DNA of 64,000 nucleotides from Escherichia coli (GTDB lineage Bacteria; Pseudomonadota; Gammaproteobacteria; Enterobacterales; Enterobacteriaceae): NCBI RefSeq assembly GCF_003790525.1, contig NZ_CP033632.1; one strand, 5' to 3'. Shown piece by piece: positions 53,158 to 63,401 of this stretch (position 1 is its first letter; each line of letters starts with the position of its first letter). The notes under the pieces were generated by a model. It saw only the letters and a program-made list of their open reading frames with translations, ran no database searches and was not told where the DNA came from. The position numbers and the translations under genes were made by a program.

Positions 53158-53742
53158 ATGCCCCGCCCCAAGCTCAAGTCCGATGACGAGGTACTCGAGG
53201 CCGCCACCGTAGTGCTGAAGCGTTGCGGTCCCATAGAGTTCACGCTCAGCGGAGTAGCAAAGGAGGTGGGGCTCTCCCGCGCAGCGTTAATCCAGCGCTT
53301 CACCAACCGCGATACGCTGCTGGTGAGGATGATGGAGCGCGGCGTCGAGCAGGTGCGGCATTACCTGAATGCGATACCGATAGGCGCAGGGCCGCAAGGG
53401 CTCTGGGAATTTTTGCAGGTGCTCGTTCGGAGCATGAACACTCGCAACGACTTCTCGGTGAACTATCTCATCTCCTGGTACGAGCTCCAGGTGCCGGAGC
53501 TACGCACGCTTGCGATCCAGCGGAACCGCGCGGTGGTGGAGGGGATCCGCAAGCGACTGCCCCCAGGTGCTCCTGCGGCAGCTGAGTTGCTCCTGCACTC
53601 GGTCATCGCTGGCGCGACGATGCAGTGGGCCGTCGATCCGGATGGTGAGCTAGCTGATCATGTGCTGGCTCAGATCGCTGCCATCCTGTGTTTAATGTTT
53701 CCCGAACACGACGATTTCCAACTCCTCCAGGCACATGCGTAA
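53158..53742 (+). CDS. mphR(A): MphR(A) TetR-family repressor of the mph(A) operon
   Basis: MPRPKLKSDDEVLEAATVVLKRCGPIEFTLSGVAKEVGLSRAALIQRF...; 194 aa. Confidence 0.95.
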   Translation: MPRPKLKSDDEVLEAATVVLKRCGPIEFTLSGVAKEVGLSRAALIQRFTNRDTLLVRMMERGVEQVRHYLNAIPIGAGPQGLWEFLQVLVRSMNTRNDFSVNYLISWYELQVPELRTLAIQRNRAVVEGIRKRLPPGAPAAAELLLHSVIAGATMQWAVDPDGELADHVLAQIAAILCLMFPEHDDFQLLQAHA

Positions 53743-54180
53743 ACGGAGGTGTGCAGAGTCCCTGCGGCAGGCGACGAACACGACCGTCGTCGATTAGTAC
53801 CGGTACGGTCGGTGGTATCGAAGTCTTGATCACCACTCAGGTCTACGGCTTACAAATGGTGACCATCCCGATACTTGCGTCAGAGCACCGGGCCGATTCT
53901 TTGACAGTGAATCACTCCCGTAAGGTTGTGCCGGTGTGGGTGTCCCGGGTCGAGACGATACTCCGCCAATGCGCCCAGCAAACAACCTGGCCATCGCAGG
54001 TGGTGGGGAGCGGTGTGGCGGATGAGTTGGACAAGTTGGTGTAGCAGCACGAGCACGGCGAGATAACATCGCAGGAGTTCGACATGCTCAAGAGACAGCT
54101 GATTGCGAATCGCGATGCAGATTCATAACCCGATTGCGGGTTGGCTTCACTCCACCATCACCGAGCAGACTAGCACGGCG

Positions 54181-55060
54181 GGCTCTGTTGCAAAGATTGG
54201 CGGCAGTCAGAGGTAGGCTGTCGCTCTGCGCCGATCAGGCGGCTGCTGCGAAATGGTGGTTGAGCATGCCCATGGCCTCCGTCAGCGCCGAGGGCCCAAT
54301 GCCAAAAGCTCTCTCCACAAGGCGCACCTCGCCCCTGATGCCGGGCTGCAGGCACCAGGGGCGAGCCTGTCCTTTGCGCAGGGCTCGCATGACTTCGAAT
54401 CCCTTGATCGTGGCATAGGCCGTGGGGATCGATTTGAAACCGCGCACCGGCTTGATCAGTATCTTGAGCTTTCCGTGATCGGCCTCGATCACGTTATTGA
54501 GATACTTCACCTGCCGGTGGGCCGTCTCCCGGTCCAGCTTTCCTTCGCGCTTCAATTCGGTGATCGCTGCACCATAGCTCGGCGCTTTGTCGGTATTGAG
54601 CGTGGCAGGCTTTTCCCAGTGCTTCAGGCCTCGCAGGGCCTTGCCCAGGAACCGCTTCGCTGCCTTGGCGCTGCGGGTCGGCGACAGGTAGAAATCGATC
54701 GTGTCGCCCCGCTTGTCGACTGCCCGGTACAGGTAGGTCCACTTGCCCCGCACCTTGACGTAGGTTTCATCCAGGCGCCAGCTCGGATCAAAGCCACGCC
54801 GCCAGAACCAGCGCAGCCGCTTCTCCATCTCCGGGGCGTAGCACTGGACCCAGCGATAGATCGTCGTATGGTCGACCGAAATGCCGCGTTCCGCCAGCAT
54901 TTCCTCAAGGTCGCGATAGCTGATCGGATAGCGACAATACCAGCGCACCGCCCACAGGATCACATCACCCTGGAAATGGCGCCACTTGAAATCCGTCATC
55001 GTTCCGTCCGTCCAATCTCCGCCAAGCATGCTCAAGCTTCACGATTTTTGCAACAGAGCC
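54181..55060 (-). mobile_element. IS6100 (880 bp)
   Basis: IRs GGCTCTGTTGCAAA / TTTGCAACAGAGCC. Confidence 0.9.
54235..54999 (-). CDS. IS6100 transposase
   Basis: MTDFKWRHFQGDVILWAVRWYCRYPISYRDL... Confidence 0.9.
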   Translation of the reverse strand: MTDFKWRHFQGDVILWAVRWYCRYPISYRDLEEMLAERGISVDHTTIYRWVQCYAPEMEKRLRWFWRRGFDPSWRLDETYVKVRGKWTYLYRAVDKRGDTIDFYLSPTRSAKAAKRFLGKALRGLKHWEKPATLNTDKAPSYGAAITELKREGKLDRETAHRQVKYLNNVIEADHGKLKILIKPVRGFKSIPTAYATIKGFEVMRALRKGQARPWCLQPGIRGEVRLVERAFGIGPSALTEAMGMLNHHFAAAA

Positions 55061-55087
55061 CACACGAGTATTGAGCATAGTCGAGAT

Positions 55088-55907
55088 GGCACTGTTGCAA
55101 AGTTAGCGATGAGGCAGCCTTTTGTCTTATTCAAAGGCCTTACATTTCAAAAACTCTGCTTACCAGGCGCATTTCGCCCAGGGGATCACCATAATAAAAT
55201 GCTGAGGCCTGGCCTTTGCGTAGTGCACGCATCACCTCAATACCTTTGATGGTGGCGTAAGCCGTCTTCATGGATTTAAATCCCAGCGTGGCGTTGATTA
55301 TCCGTTTCAGTTTGCCATGATCGCATTCAATCACGTTGTTCCGGTACTTAATCTGTCGGTGTTCAACGTCAGACGGGCACCGGCCTTCGCGTTTGAGCAG
55401 AGCAAGCGCGCGACCATAGGCGGGCGCTTTATCCGTGTTGATGAATCGTGGGATCTGCCACTTCTTCACGTTGTTGAGGATTTTACCCAGAAACCGGTAT
55501 GCAGCTTTGCTGTTACGACGGGAGGAGAGATAAAAATCGACAGTGCGGCCCCGGCTGTCGACGGCCCGGTACAGATACGCCCAGCGGCCATTGACCTTCA
55601 CGTAGGTTTCATCCATGTGCCACGGGCAAAGATCGGAAGGGTTACGCCAGTACCAGCGCAGCCGTTTTTCCATTTCAGGCGCATAACGCTGAACCCAGCG
55701 GTAAATCGTGGAGTGATCGACATTCACTCCGCGTTCAGCCAGCATCTCCTGCAGCTCACGGTAACTGATGCCGTATTTGCAGTACCAGCGTACGGCCCAC
55801 AGAATGATGTCACGCTGAAAATGCCGGCCTTTGAATGGGTTCATGTGCAGCTCCATCAGCAAAAGGGGATGATAAGTTTATCACCACCGACTATTTGCAA
55901 CAGTGCC
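55088..55907 (-). mobile_element. IS26 copy 5 (G184N variant)
   Basis: IRs present; KRIINATLGF. Confidence 0.95.
55140..55862 (-). CDS. tnp26: IS26 transposase (G184N)
   Basis: as above. Confidence 0.95.
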   Translation of the reverse strand: MLMELHMNPFKGRHFQRDIILWAVRWYCKYGISYRELQEMLAERGVNVDHSTIYRWVQRYAPEMEKRLRWYWRNPSDLCPWHMDETYVKVNGRWAYLYRAVDSRGRTVDFYLSSRRNSKAAYRFLGKILNNVKKWQIPRFINTDKAPAYGRALALLKREGRCPSDVEHRQIKYRNNVIECDHGKLKRIINATLGFKSMKTAYATIKGIEVMRALRKGQASAFYYGDPLGEMRLVSRVFEM

Positions 55908-55968
55908 CTATAAAGAACTAAAGAAATGAAGATACAAAGATACGAATATCTGAATAAAAACAGAAAAA

Positions 55969-56089
55969 TGCGTACCCATCCACCTTTCAGTGCGTACCCA
56001 TCCACCTTTCAGTGCGCAGCCATCCACCTTTCATGAAAATTACAGTGCGTACCCATCCACCTTTCAGTGCGTACCCATCCACCTTTCAT
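55969..56089. repeat. Five 22-bp direct iterons (TGCGTACCCATCCACCTTTCAG) of an orphan plasmid origin
   Basis: Five tandem near-identical 22-mers, contiguous apart from one 11-bp gap. Confidence 0.7.
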
Positions 56090-56254
56090 TTTGAGGCGAC
56101 AAAAAACAACACCTATCTTAATGAAATTATTGATAAAAAAACTGGCACAATGTTTGCAGAATAAGTTAGAGTAAGTTAAAGATCTTAAAGTAGATCTACC
56201 GATCTACATTTAAGATCTTAAAAACAAGAAGTTTAATAAGCAAAAAAACACAAA

Positions 56255-56310
56255 AAATCTGTGGATAACTTTGCTCAAAACAAAAAATTCACACTACCTG
56301 TGGATAACTT
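56255..56310. promoter_or_regulatory. DnaA boxes (2x TGTGGATAA) next to AT-rich GATC-containing region
   Basis: TGTGGATAA at 56260 and 56300; GATCT repeats at 56180-56220. Confidence 0.55.
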
Positions 56311-56950
56311 TGCGTAAACCCAGAGGACAGATCACTCTGAACCAAGACAACCACACATAAAAACAATATGCTCGCTTTTTAACCACTGCGCGTAATTGCC
56401 TGATGTTATCCCTGTGCTGTTCCGCTTCCTCGCTCACTAACTCGCTACACTCGGTCGTTCGGCTGCGGCGAGCGGTGTCTCCTTTCTCAAAACCAGAAGA
56501 GTTCAGATCATACGATCCGTTGATTGATCCTTTTTGGATCTTTCACTGAGAAGCCCTGAATCGCTTTCTAACGCTTTGTTCGATGTAACCATGAGGAAAA
56601 CCATGTGAAATCGAAAAAATCGCTCAGAATGCGATACAGCGCGTTTTAGAGGGTATTTACAAAACAGTCGTTGCCTTGAGGAAATTTTGATCAAGATTGA
56701 ACTCCTATCCGGATCATGGCAACAGATCACAGCAACAAGGCCGCTAAAAAGCGTTGAGCGGCGTTAAAAACCGTTAAACCGTAGCTGACTATAACGAAAC
56801 GGGAAAAAACGCTCAGAACGCGTTACAGAGCGTTTTAAGGCGATGTCGGAAAGAGCCATACCTCACCTGTTCTGATGTTTTTCTCAACACAAGCACTTTT
56901 AAGAGTACTTTTAAAGATGCTATTATGCCAATAAGACAAGCGGAGGACTT

Positions 56951-57202
56951 ATGAGCTATCAAATTCTGACAACCACAGCGGCCAGTATTACTGACCTGAA
57001 AAAAAATCCTATGGGAACCGTAGCTGAAGGTGAAGGGGACGCTGTTGCGATCCTGAACCGAAACGAACCGGCGTTCTATTGCGTTCCACCAAAACTTTAC
57101 GCCTACTATCGGGAACTCGCTGAAGATGCTGAGTTAAACGCTGTTGCTGATGAGCGCATGAAAAACCCGGAAATTGTGAAGGTTAACCTGGATGACCTAT
57201 GA
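56951..57202 (+). CDS. stbD: RelB/StbD (Phd/YefM-family) antitoxin
   Basis: 83 aa; overlaps toxin start by 11 nt. Confidence 0.8.
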   Translation: MSYQILTTTAASITDLKKNPMGTVAEGEGDAVAILNRNEPAFYCVPPKLYAYYRELAEDAELNAVADERMKNPEIVKVNLDDL

Positions 57203-57473
57203 ACTGGCTTTTGACCGCAGAGCACTGAAGGAATGGCAGAAACTCGGCCACACCATCCGTGAACAATTCAAAAAGAAGCTGGCAGAACGGCTGGAAAATC
57301 CACGCGTACCCGCAGCCCGGTTACATGGTCATGCTGATCGCTATAAAATCAAACTTCGTGCATCTGGCTACAGACTTGTATATCAAGTCATTGATGAGAA
57401 AGTCGTTTTACTCGTTATTGCTGTTGGAAGAAGGGAAAGCAGCGAAGTTTATCAGATTGCAGATATGCGCTGA
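57192..57473 (+). CDS. stbE: RelE/StbE (ParE/RelE-family) toxin
   Basis: 93 aa; ...YRLVYQVIDEKVVLLVIAVGRRE... Confidence 0.8.
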   Translation: MTYELAFDRRALKEWQKLGHTIREQFKKKLAERLENPRVPAARLHGHADRYKIKLRASGYRLVYQVIDEKVVLLVIAVGRRESSEVYQIADMR

Positions 57474-57658
57474 ACTGAAACCCGCCCCGTAATTCGCGGC
57501 TGCAGCCGCTCAGACGCGCAGATGCTACACACCGTCACGGCGTACCGTTCGCAAGCTTACGCGCTAACTGCGAAAGGCTAATTGCGTGTTGTTAGTCCGG
57601 TAATGGGCTTTGCAGGGAGGGGGGATGTCCCTGATCTTAATTAAGCTGGTTTGTTTCC

Positions 57659-57797
57659 GGGCACTGTTGCAAAGTTAGCGATGAGGCAGCCTTTTGTCTT
57701 ATTCAAAGGCCTTACATTTCAAAAACTCTGCTTACCAGGCGCATTTCGCCTAGGGGATCACCATAATAAAATGCTGAGGCCTGGCCTTTGCGTAGTG
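57659..57797 (-). mobile_element. IS26 fragment (first ~140 bp from IR), truncated by IS1294
   Basis: GGCACTGTTGCAAAGTTAGCGATGAGG... diverges from IS26 after GCGTAGTGCACG. Confidence 0.85.
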
Positions 57798-59486
57798 CAC
57801 GTATAGGAAATTGAAAAACCAGTCGATACCATTGTCCACGCCTTATGCCACGTGAGCCTTTCTGCTTTTCCCACCACTCCGGTGGTTTCCCTCTCTGTAT
57901 GGTCGATTTTTATACCGTAACAGGCTGTTTTTTATACTTTCACCGATTCCCGGGCACACTTAGCCTGTGTCAGGCCGGCATATACCTCAGTAGACTGATA
58001 TCCCGCGCGTTTTTCTTCAGCCCTGATACATTCAGCCCCGCAATGGCCCGGCGGTATACCATCCGGCAGCCACACAGCACGCATTCGAACGGGTCACGAC
58101 TCAGGAACTGTTTCACCATTTGTGCATAGCACACTTTCGCCACTGGTTCCGGTTTATCCATCCCCAGTGCACGGTACACCTGCGGCAGCTTCTCTCCACA
58201 CACACGGTTGGCAAGGAACCCGAAGTACCTCACCATCTTAAAAAACTTCTCCGGGATGTGCTGTTTCAGCCTCGCGACCAGCTCACGCTGTGTCAGCGTT
58301 TCCGTCGCCGTTTCTCCCGTTTTGTGGTCCAGGTAACGGAAGCTCAGGCTTGCCCCTCCGTTGTAATGAGCCAGTCGGGAAGCCGCTATTGGTGGCTTCT
58401 TCAGATAACGACCCAGGTAGCGTGCCGTATTCCGCCCTCCGGCTGTCTTCTTCGACATGTACACATGCCAGTATTTTCCGCCGGATTTCAGCACCAGGCT
58501 TCTCCACTGTGATTCCGTCGTGATATGTGACAACGACTCCGGCATTGCCATCCCCTCTGACCACGCTTTCAGAAGCAGCTGCCGCATATTCCACATCCAC
58601 CGTGAACGCATCGCGTCTTTCAGGAAGCTCAGCTTTTTCCACTGACCATGCTTATTCAGACCTCCACAGGTTACAGACACATGTACATGCGGATGCCAGT
58701 TGAGACGACGGCCATACGTGTGGATGGCGCAGAAGATACCGGGTTCCAGCCCCCGTTTTCGGGCGGCATACAGCAGATTCTCCACCGCCAGACGGCACAC
58801 GTCATTCAGCAGCCAGCGGTTGCTTTCGAACACCGGCCACAGCGTGTCCGGCAGGGTGAAGACCAGATGTACCCAGTCGCAGTCAGGAAGACGATTCAGC
58901 TGTGTTGCTGTCCACAGGTCTGTGGCCTTCTTTCCGCAGGACGGGCAGGCACGGCTGCCGCATGAGTTGGTCAGGTACTTTACGTGCTGACAGTCCGGGT
59001 TATCACACCCGAACTCTTTTACACCCAGTATCCGTGTGCCGCAGGCCAGCATTTTGGTGACGGCTTCAACCTCGATATCGCGCAGACCGCCCGCATCCAG
59101 GAAGGACGTCCAGCACTGGTTGGCTGTGAACAGACGTTTCAGAGGGCGGGGAGTAAAACCGGACAACATGAGGATGGATTAAACCCCGGTATCCTGTAGC
59201 AGGGTAAGGGCTGCTGTATCGCCACGGCGCTTCAGGATGGAGGTCGTCACCATCGCAGGTGGTGGGTCCATGGGTTTGAGCATTTTCATCCAGTCCCATT
59301 CTCGTTGTGAGAGCTTCTCAGCACCAACAGAGAGCAGAACTGTATCGATACTTTTGCGGGTCAACATAAGGGGATGAGTCCTTAATAAAACAGGTCCTCA
59401 GAGCATACATATTCTGCGGGGCGTGCGGCAACAACAGGACGAACCGGGGCGGTTTTCAATTTGCAGCCGCCAGGCTGCCGTGGTTC
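57798..59486 (-). mobile_element. IS91-family element, IS1294-like, copy 2
   Basis: Identical to 20024-21712; right end abuts GTTC|ATGATAAC of IS50. Confidence 0.75.
57970..59169 (-). CDS. IS91-family rolling-circle transposase
   Basis: Identical to 20196-21395 ORF. Confidence 0.75.
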   Translation of the reverse strand: MLSGFTPRPLKRLFTANQCWTSFLDAGGLRDIEVEAVTKMLACGTRILGVKEFGCDNPDCQHVKYLTNSCGSRACPSCGKKATDLWTATQLNRLPDCDWVHLVFTLPDTLWPVFESNRWLLNDVCRLAVENLLYAARKRGLEPGIFCAIHTYGRRLNWHPHVHVSVTCGGLNKHGQWKKLSFLKDAMRSRWMWNMRQLLLKAWSEGMAMPESLSHITTESQWRSLVLKSGGKYWHVYMSKKTAGGRNTARYLGRYLKKPPIAASRLAHYNGGASLSFRYLDHKTGETATETLTQRELVARLKQHIPEKFFKMVRYFGFLANRVCGEKLPQVYRALGMDKPEPVAKVCYAQMVKQFLSRDPFECVLCGCRMVYRRAIAGLNVSGLKKNARDISLLRYMPA

Positions 59487-60839
59487 ATGATAACTTCTGC
59501 TCTTCATCGTGCGGCCGACTGGGCTAAATCTGTGTTCTCTTCGGCGGCGCTGGGTGATCCTCGCCGTACTGCCCGCTTGGTTAACGTCGCCGCCCAATTG
59601 GCAAAATATTCTGGTAAATCAATAACCATCTCATCAGAGGGTAGTGAAGCCATGCAGGAAGGCGCTTACCGATTTATCCGCAATCCCAACGTTTCTGCCG
59701 AGGCGATCAGAAAGGCTGGCGCCATGCAAACAGTCAAGTTGGCTCAGGAGTTTCCCGAACTGCTGGCCATTGAGGACACCACCTCTTTGAGTTATCGCCA
59801 CCAGGTCGCCGAAGAGCTTGGCAAGCTGGGCTCTATTCAGGATAAATCCCGCGGATGGTGGGTTCACTCCGTTCTCTTGCTCGAGGCCACCACATTCCGC
59901 ACCGTAGGATTACTGCATCAGGAGTGGTGGATGCGCCCGGATGACCCTGCCGATGCGGATGAAAAGGAGAGTGGCAAATGGCTGGCAGCGGCCGCAACTA
60001 GCCGGTTACGCATGGGCAGCATGATGAGCAACGTGATTGCGGTCTGTGACCGCGAAGCCGATATTCATGCTTATCTGCAGGACAAACTGGCGCATAACGA
60101 GCGCTTCGTGGTGCGCTCCAAGCACCCACGCAAGGACGTAGAGTCTGGGTTGTATCTGTACGACCATCTGAAGAACCAACCGGAGTTGGGTGGCTATCAG
60201 ATCAGCATTCCGCAAAAGGGCGTGGTGGATAAACGCGGTAAACGTAAAAATCGACCAGCCCGCAAGGCGAGCTTGAGCCTGCGCAGTGGGCGCATCACGC
60301 TAAAACAGGGGAATATCACGCTCAACGCGGTGCTGGCCGAGGAGATTAACCCGCCCAAGGGTGAGACCCCGTTGAAATGGTTGTTGCTGACCAGCGAACC
60401 GGTCGAGTCGCTAGCCCAAGCCTTGCGCGTCATCGACATTTATACCCATCGCTGGCGGATCGAGGAGTTCCATAAGGCATGGAAAACCGGAGCAGGAGCC
60501 GAGAGGCAACGCATGGAGGAGCCGGATAATCTGGAGCGGATGGTCTCGATCCTCTCGTTTGTTGCGGTCAGGCTGTTACAGCTCAGAGAAAGCTTCACGC
60601 TGCCGCAAGCACTCAGGGCGCAAGGGCTGCTAAAGGAAGCGGAACACGTAGAAAGCCAGTCCGCAGAAACGGTGCTGACCCCGGATGAATGTCAGCTACT
60701 GGGCTATCTGGACAAGGGAAAACGCAAGCGCAAAGAGAAAGCAGGTAGCTTGCAGTGGGCTTACATGGCGATAGCTAGACTGGGCGGTTTTATGGACAGC
60801 AAGCGAACCGGAATTGCCAGCTGGGGCGCCCTCTGGTAA
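59487..60839 (+). CDS. tnp: IS50L transposase (ochre-truncated, 450 aa)
   Basis: MITSALHRAADWAKSVFSSAALGDPRRTARLVNVAAQLAKYSGKSITISSEG...; stops at ...GALW-TAA. Confidence 0.9.
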   Translation: MITSALHRAADWAKSVFSSAALGDPRRTARLVNVAAQLAKYSGKSITISSEGSEAMQEGAYRFIRNPNVSAEAIRKAGAMQTVKLAQEFPELLAIEDTTSLSYRHQVAEELGKLGSIQDKSRGWWVHSVLLLEATTFRTVGLLHQEWWMRPDDPADADEKESGKWLAAAATSRLRMGSMMSNVIAVCDREADIHAYLQDKLAHNERFVVRSKHPRKDVESGLYLYDHLKNQPELGGYQISIPQKGVVDKRGKRKNRPARKASLSLRSGRITLKQGNITLNAVLAEEINPPKGETPLKWLLLTSEPVESLAQALRVIDIYTHRWRIEEFHKAWKTGAGAERQRMEEPDNLERMVSILSFVAVRLLQLRESFTLPQALRAQGLLKEAEHVESQSAETVLTPDECQLLGYLDKGKRKRKEKAGSLQWAYMAIARLGGFMDSKRTGIASWGALW

Positions 60840-60928
60840 GCTTGGGAAGCCCTGCAAAGTAAACTGGATGGCTTTCTTGCCGCCAAGGATCTGATGGCGC
60901 AGGGGATCAAGATCTGATCAAGAGACAG
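59487..60928 (+). mobile_element. IS50L of Tn5, lacking the first ~90 bp (outside end)
   Basis: Begins exactly at tnp ATG; ochre-truncated tnp typical of IS50L; inside-end coordinate estimated. Confidence 0.8.
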
Positions 60929-60933
60929 GATGA

Positions 60934-61740
<807 letters not shown>

Positions 61741-61760
61741 GCGGGACTCTGGGGTTCGAA

Positions 61761-61983
61761 ATGACCGACCAAGCGACGCCCAACCTGCCATCACGAGATT
61801 TCGATTCCACCGCCGCCTTCTATGAAAGGTTGGGCTTCGGAATCGTTTTCCGGGACGCCGGCTGGATGATCCTCCAGCGCGGGGATCTCATGCTGGAGTT
61901 CTTCGCCCACCCCGGGCTCGATCCCCTCGCGAGTTGGTTCAGCTGCTGCCTGAGGCTGGACGACCTCGCGGAGTTCTACCGGC
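61761..61983 (+). pseudogene. ble: Bleomycin resistance gene ble (Tn5), 3'-truncated by IS26
   Basis: MTDQATPNLPSRDFDSTAAFYERLGFGIVFRDAGWMILQRGDLMLEFFAHPGLDPLASWFSCCLRLDDLAEFYR then IS26 IR. Confidence 0.9.
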
Positions 61984-62803
61984 GGCACTGTTGCAAATAG
62001 TCGGTGGTGATAAACTTATCATCCCCTTTTGCTGATGGAGCTGCACATGAACCCATTCAAAGGCCGGCATTTTCAGCGTGACATCATTCTGTGGGCCGTA
62101 CGCTGGTACTGCAAATACGGCATCAGTTACCGTGAGCTGCAGGAGATGCTGGCTGAACGCGGAGTGAATGTCGATCACTCCACGATTTACCGCTGGGTTC
62201 AGCGTTATGCGCCTGAAATGGAAAAACGGCTGCGCTGGTACTGGCGTAACCCTTCCGATCTTTGCCCGTGGCACATGGATGAAACCTACGTGAAGGTCAA
62301 TGGCCGCTGGGCGTATCTGTACCGGGCCGTCGACAGCCGGGGCCGCACTGTCGATTTTTATCTCTCCTCCCGTCGTAACAGCAAAGCTGCATACCGGTTT
62401 CTGGGTAAAATCCTCAACAACGTGAAGAAGTGGCAGATCCCGCGATTCATCAACACGGATAAAGCGCCCGCCTATGGTCGCGCGCTTGCTCTGCTCAAAC
62501 GCGAAGGCCGGTGCCCGTCTGACGTTGAACACCGACAGATTAAGTACCGGAACAACGTGATTGAATGCGATCATGGCAAACTGAAACGGATAATCGGCGC
62601 CACGCTGGGATTTAAATCCATGAAGACGGCTTACGCCACCATCAAAGGTATTGAGGTGATGCGTGCACTACGCAAAGGCCAGGCCTCAGCATTTTATTAT
62701 GGTGATCCCCTGGGCGAAATGCGCCTGGTAAGCAGAGTTTTTGAAATGTAAGGCCTTTGAATAAGACAAAAGGCTGCCTCATCGCTAACTTTGCAACAGT
62801 GCC
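61984..62803 (+). mobile_element. IS26 copy 7
   Basis: IRs present; Tnp G184. Confidence 0.95.
62029..62751 (+). CDS. tnp26: IS26 transposase Tnp26
   Basis: as above. Confidence 0.95.
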   Translation: MLMELHMNPFKGRHFQRDIILWAVRWYCKYGISYRELQEMLAERGVNVDHSTIYRWVQRYAPEMEKRLRWYWRNPSDLCPWHMDETYVKVNGRWAYLYRAVDSRGRTVDFYLSSRRNSKAAYRFLGKILNNVKKWQIPRFINTDKAPAYGRALALLKREGRCPSDVEHRQIKYRNNVIECDHGKLKRIIGATLGFKSMKTAYATIKGIEVMRALRKGQASAFYYGDPLGEMRLVSRVFEM

Positions 62804-62852
62804 CTCTGCGGTGCTAAAAAGAACAAGATTCACCGCAACCCAGGACACTGCC

Positions 62853-63332
62853 ATGTTAGATTACCGCTTCCCGACAGCTTTGCAGATGGTTCTCAGCGTA
62901 GCAATGGCGGAGCAGATGGGTGAACGTTCGACGAGTGCGATTCTGGCCTACGGCCTGGAAGCGAACCCGAGCTTTATCCGTAAACTAATGGTTCCGCTAA
63001 CTCGTGACGGCATTATCGTCTCCACGCTTGGTCGCAACGGCTCAATTCATCTTGGCCGTCCGGCGGACAAGATCACCCTGCGTGATATCTATCTTTCGGT
63101 TATCGAAGATAAAAAACTGTGGGCGTCGCGTCCTGACGTCCCGGCCCGCTGCGTGGTCAGCGCCAACGCCTGCTGGTACTTCAAATCGGTTGCCGATGAA
63201 GCAGAGCAGGCTTCGTTAAACGTCCTCGCTCGCCATACCGTGGCCAGCGCGCTGGAGGCGGTCAAAAACGCCGATACCAGCGGCTGCGACCCGGTGCCGG
63301 AAATGATCGCCCGCTTTAAAAAAGCGCATTAA
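62853..63332 (+). CDS. oqxR: Rrf2-family repressor OqxR
   Basis: MLDYRFPTALQMVLSVAMAEQMGERSTSAILAYGLEANPSFIRKLMVPLTRDG...; start at MLDYRF since upstream part of track ORF is IS26. Confidence 0.85.
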   Translation: MLDYRFPTALQMVLSVAMAEQMGERSTSAILAYGLEANPSFIRKLMVPLTRDGIIVSTLGRNGSIHLGRPADKITLRDIYLSVIEDKKLWASRPDVPARCVVSANACWYFKSVADEAEQASLNVLARHTVASALEAVKNADTSGCDPVPEMIARFKKAH

Positions 63333-63349
63333 TCATTTTCTGGTGACGA

Positions 63350-63387
63350 AAAAAAACCGCCTTCAAATTGTGAAGGCGGTTTTTTTG
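63350..63387. terminator. Bidirectional rho-independent terminator between oqxR and oqxB
   Basis: AAAAAAACCGCCTTCAAATTGTGAAGGCGGTTTTTTTG. Confidence 0.7.
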
Positions 63388-63401
63388 TTATCTGCTGCAG
63401 G

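Noticed and set aside
53743-54180. ORFs in the 440-bp spacer between mphR(A) and IS6100
   Set aside because: Short spacer without an RBS-led frame; no evidence for an intact gene.
55969-56089. Tandem 22-bp repeats considered as a CRISPR array
   Set aside because: Repeats are contiguous or nearly so, without unique spacers, and sit beside DnaA boxes: plasmid iterons. The repeats at 17765-18022 and 18990-19100 likewise flank repA and are incA/incC iterons.
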